Sequence record: SRR2962707_3586
DNA length: 30,042 nt
Direction: 5' to 3' (one strand)
The notes beneath the pieces are model-generated. The model ran no database searches and was not told the origin of the DNA. It saw only the letters and a list, made by a program, of their open reading frames with translations. Below, piece by piece: positions 1 through 6,836 of the stretch (within the stretch, counting starts at the first letter, position 1; every line of letters begins with the position of its first letter). Both the position numbers and the translations under genes were made by a program.

Positions 1-2386
1 GGCTTCTGATCCGCAGACCAGTCACTAGCAGAATCATGATCAATACAACTCCGACAATCGTCATTCTAAACCAGACTGTTTCCCAGTACGGTGCTGATAT
101 CACAATGTAGATGCTCGCCGGCGTGCTATCCCAGGTCCCGCTATTGTTAGATGATTTCACCTTAAAGAGGTATTCACCGGCAGGTAGGGAAGAATAATTA
201 GCGAATCGTCTGCTTCCGACATAATTCCAGTCTTCCTCAAGGTTTTCGAGGTAATATGCATATTGATTTAGTTCCGAAATAGTGTGGTTCGATCCCTTGA
301 AATCGAAACTCAGCATGTTTTGATCATAGTCAAGAATCAACGTATCCACATCCATGATAGGCGCATTGACATTGAGGTCGGCAGGTGCTATGCGATTGTT
401 CTTTAGGTAAAAACCGGTAATGTGTGTTTCCGGAAGAATCGGGTTCTCCAACATGCCGGGATTGAAATAATTGAGTCCCTGTACACCTCCGAAATAGAAA
501 ACGCCATTGGGTGATTTGTAATAAGCACTGGTGTTGAACTCATTACTCTGAAGGCCATAGCTTATATCAAGGTTTACGAAGCTCTTGGATTGATCATCAA
601 AGCGAGACAAGCCATGATTGGTACTCATCCACAATAATCCTTTGTCATCTTCTAAAATCCCGTAAATGACATCATTAGGTAGGCCGTCTTTTCGCGTGTA
701 ATGATCCAGTTGATCTGCAGATCTATCCCACCTGAAGAGCCCATCACCGGATGTTCCAATCCATATGACACCTTTTTGATCCTGTTCAATGCATTTTATA
801 AAACTGTTTTCCAGCAGGGAAAGGGTAGGATTTTCCAGTTTTGAGACCGCTTGAGTCGACAGCTCCAATGTGTACAAGCCAGCTGAAGAGCCCAGTAGCA
901 ATTGGTCGTCCAGTTTAAGAATGCCAGTAATCCAGTCACCTGTGGTACGACCTCTGGTAAGGGTAGAAGAAGGAAGAAAGGTATCCGTTTCCTTCGTCCT
1001 CAAGTCGAGCCTGGTGACCCCAATGGCTGAGGCAATCCACAAATACCTGTCATCGAATCCTTTGATGGCCCTGATGTGCAGCAATTTATCAATGGGATAG
1101 GTCTCTTTGACTTCCAGCCTATCTATATCAATGGAAAGCAGCTCGTCATTCGCAGCAGCCCAATAACCTCCATTGACTTCAGATAGAAAATCTACCCTGA
1201 ATGGATAGATTTTGCGAACAGTAGATTTTTTGGTATCAAACAAGTCCAGACTTGTTGCTGTTCCTATCAGGATTTTTTCATCATCCTTCGTCAGGAAGGA
1301 GGTAACGTAGCTGTTGGTCAATGAAGGGGAGTAACCGGGCTTATATCCCAGGTAGCCAAGTGTCGGTTTGTTGGGGTCGTATTTGTTCACTCCATACCCA
1401 GCCGTACCAATCCACCAAATCCCATCTTTTCCAATATGTATGGCCGATAGGGTATTGTCCAGCAGAGTGTTTTCTGTATCCGGTTCATGTTTGTAGGCCT
1501 CAAGCAGATTCCCCTCTAGATCGTACACATGAAGTTTGCCGCGAAGTATGTAGATGTGACCTTCATTGTCTTCTGTTATTTCGGTACTATACGTGCTTAG
1601 GGCCTCTGAGAACAGTGTCTTTGTTGTTGTGAGATCAGAATCAATCAAGAGTGTATTTTCATTGGTGACGACCCATATGTTATTGTTGGTATCAGAATGC
1701 AGTGCCCTGACATTATCCACTTTTATTTGCCTGGCTTCCTTGGTGGCTATGTCAATGAGATGAATGTGACCCATGGAATACAGTAAGATCTTTTTGTCTT
1801 TGGTTATTTCCAGAAATCCATTGTCACCATTGATTTGTAGGAGGCTATCGCTTTCGAATGCATCAAATAGATTGGATTGGAAGTAGGCTCCATTGGCAAC
1901 ATCAAAAAAATAAATACCCTGGGTTGTACCCAGTATAAGCGTGTCTTTTGCCCATTTCTCAATCGTGATGATTTTGCGCCCAATAAGCTCCTCGTCTGTG
2001 TATTGAATAAAATGCTCCTTTGACCAATCGTATTTATTGAGTCCATTAGAGGTTCCAACCCAAAAATTCCCGTCTTCCGTGCTTTTGAGAGCCCATATGG
2101 AGTTGTTGCTCAGCGTGGTGGAATCCAACGGGTCATGGTAGAAATTAACAAATTCGCTACCGTCATATCTGCTCAGGCCACCAAACGTAGCAAACCAGAT
2201 ATAACCGTATTCGTCTGAGGTAATATCAACAACAGAAGACTGTACCAACCCATCGCTGACAAGGACAGATTCAAATTTCTTGGTTCCTTTCTGGGGAAAA
2301 ACGAGGTGACTGGCCAGGGTGGCACATAGAATTAACAGTACGCTCTTTCTTGGACAAACAAATAAGACTATTTGCAAGATGTTCAT
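1..2386 (-). CDS. Membrane sensor with two-component regulator beta-propeller repeats + Y_Y_Y domain + TM helix (3'-partial; cytoplasmic output domain lies outside the window)
   Basis: Absent from the ORF track because there is no stop in the window. Manual translation from ATG 2386 gives MNILQIVLF...SDGLVQSSVVDITSDEYGYIWFATFGGLSRYDG...LSNNSIWALKSTEDGNFWVGTSNGLNKYD (propeller repeats). The left end in the same frame gives YAYYLENLEEDWNYVG...LPAGEYLFKVKSSN (Y_Y_Y) and APYWETVWF...IVGVVLIMILLV (TM). The middle was not translated codon by codon. Confidence 0.88.
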   Translation of the reverse strand, partial: MNILQIVLFVCPRKSVLLILCATLASHLVFPQKGTKKFESVLVSDGLVQSSVVDITSDEYGYIWFATFGGLSRYDGSEFVNFYHDPLDSTTLSNNSIWALKSTEDGNFWVGTSNGLNKYDWSKEHFIQYTDEELIGRKIITIEKWAKDTLILGTTQGIYFFDVANGAYFQSNLFDAFESDSLLQINGDNGFLEITKDKKILLYSMGHIHLIDIATKEARQIKVDNVRALHSDTNNNIWVVTNENTLLIDSDLTTTKTLFSEALSTYSTEITEDNEGHIYILRGKLHVYDLEGNLLEAYKHEPDTENTLLDNTLSAIHIGKDGIWWIGTAGYGVNKYDPNKPTLGYLGYKPGYSPSLTNSYVTSFLTKDDEKILIGTATSLDLFDTKKSTVRKIYPFRVDFLSEVNGGYWAAANDELLSIDIDRLEVKETYPIDKLLHIRAIKGFDDRYLWIASAIGVTRLDLRTKETDTFLPSSTLTRGRTTGDWITGILKLDDQLLLGSSAGLYTLELSTQAVSKLENPTLSLLENSFIKCIEQDQKGVIWIGTSGDGLFRWDRSADQLDHYTRKDGLPNDVIYGILEDDKGLLWMSTNHGLSRFDDQSKSFVNLDISYGLQSNEFNTSAYYKSPNGVFYFGGVQGLNYFNPGMLENPILPETHITGFYLKNNRIAPADLNVNAPIMDVDTLILDYDQNMLSFDFKGSNHTISELNQYAYYLENLEEDWNYVGSRRFANYSSLPAGEYLFKVKSSNNSGTWDSTPASIYIVISAPYWETVWFRMTIVGVVLIMILLVTGLRIRS

Positions 2387-2715
2387 GCCCTCTTCTTTTG
2401 TTGGTTGATGGTAGTCAGGTTTCTATTCGCTTAACTTCAAGTTAAAAAAAAAGAAATTAAATTATTATCAATTGATAATATCGTTAAAGCTGATTAATTG
2501 ATCGGTGAGAATCATCATTGCGTAGTTGGGCTATTGAAGAGGTGGATGGGATAGATGAGATGGAGTGTGATTCGCACTTCCCGATATTGTTCTGCTATTA
2601 CGCATATCTGGAGACTGAGCAGATTATGATAAAATCAATCATAATCAATGATCAATGGGGGTTTTACTGAAAAAATTTGACTTATTGAGCACAACCCAAT
2701 CAATTAAAGCCAATC

Positions 2716-3240
2716 ATGAAAAAACTCACCCTAGTACTACTATTGCATCTATTTTTTTTCGTTTCTTATGCCCAGGCCCCTAAGGTCAATTTCATAGGAG
2801 TTGCATTTAAGACGTATTATGTAGGTTTTGAAGTCCCTGTTTCGGAAAAGAACACCTTACAAATCCAGGGACGCTACCATAATCTGGACGAAATATTTTT
2901 TATCCAGGGAAACTTTAGAAGGCTTATCCTATCACTGGAGTTTAGACATTACTTCAAAGAAAAATATGACGGTTTCTACACTTCCGGATTTGCAGGCTAT
3001 GAATTTGCAAAATCTCGCCCTGAGACCATATTTGGCATACCTGTAACGTTACCTTCTGATGAGGAAGATGAAGACAGTGCCCCAACCGGCGGATTTAAAG
3101 CCGGGTATGTGTGGAAGTATAATAGATTAATCATGGATATGCATGTGGGGATGGCATTTTCTACTGTTTTTGATGGAGATACTTATCCATTAATTGGACT
3201 GCATCTCGGATATATTCTCGGCAAAATAGCCAAGGAGTGA
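2716..3240 (+). CDS. Small outer-membrane beta-barrel protein, DUF3575-like
   Basis: Signal peptide (..FVSYAQ); alternating aromatic strands LEFRHYF, GFYTSGFAGY, GFKAGYVW, GLHLGYI. Confidence 0.65.
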   Translation: MKKLTLVLLLHLFFFVSYAQAPKVNFIGVAFKTYYVGFEVPVSEKNTLQIQGRYHNLDEIFFIQGNFRRLILSLEFRHYFKEKYDGFYTSGFAGYEFAKSRPETIFGIPVTLPSDEEDEDSAPTGGFKAGYVWKYNRLIMDMHVGMAFSTVFDGDTYPLIGLHLGYILGKIAKE

Positions 3241-3360
3241 TTAGTCTGGTAGTTAATTCCGAATGCAAAACTTCTTGAGGTGTTGTAGTTCTAATGAACC
3301 CTCTTTTTAGGATAGAATTGAGAATAGCGGAATAGCCAATTTTCAACTAGATTTGTGTGT

Positions 3361-4308
3361 ATGAAATATACATCCTACCTCCTAAGCCTTACTACACTGG
3401 CCTTATTCTTAAGCTCTTGCTCCACGAAAGGAGATGAGGTTGACGATGAGGTGGCTAAAAACATAACGTTTAACCTGAACGGATTTTTGACTATTTCCAA
3501 TGCAGAAATAGGTGGAAGGGTAGCCGGAGAGGCAGATGATGCCGTGTCAATCATTCTGGTTGATAAAAATGGTGCGGATTACGCAGAAGGGGTATTCTTT
3601 CCTTCAGTTGAAAATATTCCATTGCAATTGATTGGCGATGGGGAATATACAGTTAGGGTACTTTCTTATAAAAAAGGTACGGGAGCAGGCGTTTATCAAA
3701 CAATCAATAATGAGATTTATGATAAGCACAGTACAGTGAATATTACCAATGAATTTGTTTTAAGCGGTTTCCAGGGCATTTTTGGCCCCACAGATTTTGA
3801 TGAAATTGGAGCATATACTTCTCCGGATAGCTCTACTTATGCGATCACTGAACACCCTGAACTAGATGCTTATTATTTACATACCATTTTCAGCTCCGAT
3901 ACCATTGCGGATGGCCAGGCAATAGATTTGTTAGTCGATAGGCGTTCGGCAGGTTTGGAGGTTGTGGCAACAAATTTTACAGAAGGAGTTATTAGTGTTG
4001 AATTGGATCTTGCAGCAGCATTCAATGATGGTATTTATACGCTTACTTATCCTGTTGACTCAATTTACCATTTAGTCGGATTAGGAAATTTGGCTTGCTG
4101 TGAAACGGCTAATGTCACAACTAGAATTTATCATGACTTAGACGGTTCAAAAGAGTTACTTTATTCAGATGTCTTACTCTACAGGTCCAACTATATCAAA
4201 AGATTCGAGATTGATATGGCAGCTGCTACCGCAAACAGTGGTGGAATAAGTGTCATTTATTCTGACAACCCCATTGTAAGGGGTGATACGGTGAGAATAG
4301 GGGGATAA
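3361..4308 (+). CDS. Surface lipoprotein, possibly type V pilin (FimB/Mfa2)-like
   Basis: Lipobox LSSC followed by STKGDEVDDE (acidic export-signal-like), beta-rich sequence, LVDRRSAGLEV motif. ATG 3361 preferred over GTG 3355. Confidence 0.6.
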   Translation: MKYTSYLLSLTTLALFLSSCSTKGDEVDDEVAKNITFNLNGFLTISNAEIGGRVAGEADDAVSIILVDKNGADYAEGVFFPSVENIPLQLIGDGEYTVRVLSYKKGTGAGVYQTINNEIYDKHSTVNITNEFVLSGFQGIFGPTDFDEIGAYTSPDSSTYAITEHPELDAYYLHTIFSSDTIADGQAIDLLVDRRSAGLEVVATNFTEGVISVELDLAAAFNDGIYTLTYPVDSIYHLVGLGNLACCETANVTTRIYHDLDGSKELLYSDVLLYRSNYIKRFEIDMAAATANSGGISVIYSDNPIVRGDTVRIGG

Positions 4309-4317
4309 GCAGGGATT

Positions 4318-4389
4318 TCACTTCCCAATACAAAATTTTGAAAAGATATTATCCAGCAAATCATCGGTGGTCACCTCGCCGGTGATCTC
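4318..4389 (-). repeat. Direct-repeat copy of the last 24 codons of mnmE (att-like; partner at 4995..5066)
   Basis: 64/72 nt identical to 4995..5066. All 8 differences are synonymous and both copies encode EITGEVTTDDLLDNIFSKFCIGK*. Confidence 0.95.
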
Positions 4390-4464
4390 TGGCTAAACCT
4401 GATCTTATATCAAATTTTCAGGCCCTTGCTTGCTGTGTTTTCATCAACGGGCCTTTTGCTGGGA

Positions 4465-4668
4465 TTAGCTACTATCGCTGATTTCATCAAAGAACGCAAG
4501 CAGCAGCTCCACATCCTTCAGACCATCCTGATCCAACGCCTTGGTATCCTCTAGAAGTAGTGATCTAAAAAGAAGCTGTTGTACCGTTTGTCTAAGCTGC
4601 ACTGCTGGTGCTTGTTCGAGCAGGGTATTGAGGGCACGTAGGCGCTGAACGTCTTCAGGTAGATTCAT
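4465..4668 (-). CDS. Hypothetical 67-aa alpha-helical protein, divergent from the XRE gene
   Basis: ATG-started ORF filling the space inside the island; Leu-rich helical pattern; no family recognised. Confidence 0.55.
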   Translation of the reverse strand: MNLPEDVQRLRALNTLLEQAPAVQLRQTVQQLLFRSLLLEDTKALDQDGLKDVELLLAFFDEISDSS

Positions 4669-4702
4669 AGTTGATGGTTAAAGTAAGTGATTTGAAGCAT
4701 GC

Positions 4703-4728
4703 CGACAGATATGTCGTATGTATATTTG
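4703..4728 (+). promoter_or_regulatory. Palindromic operator CGACA-N4-TGTCG next to a Bacteroidota -7 box TATATTTG
   Basis: CGACAGATATGTCG at 4703-4716; TAnnTTTG match at 4721-4728 upstream of the XRE ATG at 4753. Confidence 0.55.
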
Positions 4729-4752
4729 ATGACTACCACCAATTTCCCGTTC

Positions 4753-4977
4753 ATGGATCAGGACAAACAAAAGACCCTGCAAGCAATCTTTGGGCAGAAT
4801 GTAAAGAAGACCAGAATGGAATTAGGTCTTACACAAATGCAGCTCGCCGTAAAAGCAGAGACCGACATCCGTCAGATCCAACGGATAGAAGCAGGGGAGA
4901 TTGCAACATCTATTTCACAAGCAAAGTTGATAGCTGAGGCGTTGGGAGTGGGGTTGGATGCGTTGGTGGGTGAGTAG
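4753..4977 (+). CDS. XRE-family HTH transcriptional regulator (74 aa)
   Basis: FGQNVKKTRMELGLTQMQLA...IRQIQRIEAGE...IAEALGV is a classic HTH_3 pattern. Start moved to 4753 because the -7 box lies at 4721-4728. Confidence 0.88.
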   Translation: MDQDKQKTLQAIFGQNVKKTRMELGLTQMQLAVKAETDIRQIQRIEAGEIATSISQAKLIAEALGVGLDALVGE

Positions 4978-4994
4978 GTTTTTTCTCACCAAAA

Positions 4995-6359
4995 TCACTT
5001 CCCAATACAAAACTTGCTGAAGATATTATCCAGCAAATCGTCAGTCGTCACCTCGCCGGTGATCTCGCCTAGATGGAAGAGGGCAGAGCGGATATCCTGA
5101 GCCACCAGGTCGTTGGTGATGTTGAGGTTAATGCCATCAACCACACGGGTAAGTGCTTCATCGGTCTGCTGCAGGCTTTGGAGGTGGCGGGCGTTGGTCA
5201 CCACCACGTCGCTGGTGGTCTTCGTTTCCTGAACAAAGGATTTCAATCTTGATTTCAGTTCATCCAGATGATCCCGCGATTTGGCGGAGATAAAAACGGC
5301 TTGTTCTTTCATCAATACTTCCTGCAGCGCTTTCTTCGCTTCATCAGCCTTGTTGCCAACGATGAGAGATGGTACATCCGATTTTCGTAAACCATCCAGT
5401 TGTTCGGCAATGGAATCAACCGTATCATGTACTAAATCAATCATGTAAATCACCAGGCTCGCCTGTTTCATCTTCTCAAGTGTTCGTTGCACACCTATCG
5501 ATTCCACCTGGTCATCCGTCTCACGGATTCCCGCTGTATCAATGAACCGGAACGTTATCCCATCGATGTGGATCTGATCTTCAATGAAGTCACGGGTCGT
5601 GCCCGGGATGTCCGATACGATCGCCTTTTCTTCATTCAGCAAAGCGTTGAGCAGGGTAGACTTACCGGCATTCGGTTTACCGGCGATCACTGTGGGAATT
5701 CCATTTTTGATGGCATTGCCGTATTCAAAGCTGGATATCAGCGACTTGATCAGTGTTTGGATCTTGTCAATCAGGTCAAGTAAACCTGAGCGATCAGCAA
5801 ATTCCACATCTTCCTCAGCAAAGTCCAGCTCCAGCTCGATCATGGAGGCGAAATGCACCAGCTGTTCACGTAGGTTCTTTATTTCATCGGAAAACCCACC
5901 ACGCATCTGCTTCATGGCGGTCTGCTGCATCGCTGCATTCTCCGATGCAATCAGGTCAGCCACTGCCTCAGCCTGGGCCAGGTCAAATCGTCCGTTTAGA
6001 AAGGCCTTCTGAGTGAACTCTCCAGGCTTGGCCAACCGGGCTCCCTTGGACACGATCAAACTCAGGATGCGTTGAAGGATGTATTGCGAACCATGACTTG
6101 AGATTTCAATGACATCTTCCTTGGTGTAGGAGTGAGGTCCCTTAAAAATGGACACCAGTACCTCATCAAGGATCTCATTTTTATCATTTCTGATAGTGCC
6201 CAAATGAATGGTATGCGAGGCGACCCGGGTCAAATCTTTGCCTTTAAACATACCATTCACAATGGCAATGGTATCCGGACCTGATACCCGAATGATACCA
6301 ATGGCTCCCTGTCCCGGTGGAGTCGCAAGTGCGGTGATGGTATCGTTGATTTCACTCAT
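4995..6359 (-). CDS. mnmE: tRNA modification GTPase MnmE/TrmE
   Basis: DTITALATPPG N-terminus, P-loop GKPNAGKS, GTTRD, DTAG, NKAD, C-terminal FCIGK. Confidence 0.98.
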   Translation of the reverse strand: MSEINDTITALATPPGQGAIGIIRVSGPDTIAIVNGMFKGKDLTRVASHTIHLGTIRNDKNEILDEVLVSIFKGPHSYTKEDVIEISSHGSQYILQRILSLIVSKGARLAKPGEFTQKAFLNGRFDLAQAEAVADLIASENAAMQQTAMKQMRGGFSDEIKNLREQLVHFASMIELELDFAEEDVEFADRSGLLDLIDKIQTLIKSLISSFEYGNAIKNGIPTVIAGKPNAGKSTLLNALLNEEKAIVSDIPGTTRDFIEDQIHIDGITFRFIDTAGIRETDDQVESIGVQRTLEKMKQASLVIYMIDLVHDTVDSIAEQLDGLRKSDVPSLIVGNKADEAKKALQEVLMKEQAVFISAKSRDHLDELKSRLKSFVQETKTTSDVVVTNARHLQSLQQTDEALTRVVDGINLNITNDLVAQDIRSALFHLGEITGEVTTDDLLDNIFSKFCIGK

Positions 6360-6461
6360 GGTACCGCAAAGATGAAGATAATCTCATAGTTGACCATACC
6401 TTAAGGAAAGACAACCAAACGACCGACAAATATTTCTTGTAACCTTTTAAATTCTAATTAG

Positions 6462-6498
6462 TATACATTTAGGAATTATTGATATATACAAATAGGAA
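6462..6498 (+). promoter_or_regulatory. Repeated 14-mer TATACAWWTAGGAA upstream of padR, candidate PadR operators
   Basis: TATACATTTAGGAA 6462-6475 and TATACAAATAGGAA 6485-6498, 23-bp period. Confidence 0.45.
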
Positions 6499-6506
6499 AT
6501 ATAAAA

Positions 6507-6836
6507 ATGAAAGGGTCTAACATAGGAGAGTTTGAAGAGCTGGTCATGCTCACAGTAGGCATTTTGCAAGAAGAGGCGTACGGCATTTCAATCAAAGATG
6601 AACTCAAGAGTCGGACGGGTAGGAAACCAAGTATTGGCGCCTTGCACAGTGCGCTCAACAGATTGGAGAAAAAGGGATTGTTGAAGTCGGAAATGGAAGG
6701 ACCCACCGAAGAGCGTAGGGGAAGGAGAAAACGATTTTATACACTCACCCCATCGGGTTTGAAGGTGATTGCAGAAATCCATGAGCAACGCACGGAAATG
6801 ATTCAGCTTATTCCAAACCTGGATTTAAAATCATGA
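6507..6836 (+). CDS. PadR-family transcriptional regulator
   Basis: GEFEELVML, AYGISI, SIGALHSALNRLEKKG, GRRKRFYTLTPSG. Confidence 0.93.
   Translation: MKGSNIGEFEELVMLTVGILQEEAYGISIKDELKSRTGRKPSIGALHSALNRLEKKGLLKSEMEGPTEERRGRRKRFYTLTPSGLKVIAEIHEQRTEMIQLIPNLDLKS

Larger units (their letters stand above)
4370..5066. mobile_element. Putative mini-island or island remnant integrated in the mnmE 3' end; no integrase
   Basis: Bounded by the identical 20-mer GTCACCTCGCCGGTGATCTC (4370-4389 and 5047-5066); contains an XRE gene and a 67-aa ORF. Confidence 0.6.

Noticed and set aside
870..2058. Short ORFs 870-1100, 1321-1632, 1566-1763, 1804-2058
   Set aside because: They are antisense or off-frame shadows of the long minus-strand sensor gene that the ORF track missed.
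4318..4389. mnmE pseudogene, or a diversity-generating-retroelement template repeat
   Set aside because: Homology stops sharply after 24 codons, the differences are synonymous and not adenine-specific, and no reverse transcriptase is present.
4671..4937. 88-aa ORF overlapping the XRE gene, and the longer 92-aa XRE start at 4699
   Set aside because: The first is off-frame with no recognisable features. The 4699 start lies upstream of the operator and -7 box.
6438..6448. TGTAACCTTTT upstream of padR, identical to the start of the first ArsR box
   Set aside because: It is a half-site only, with no GGTTTC arm, and could be chance or an unrelated promoter element.
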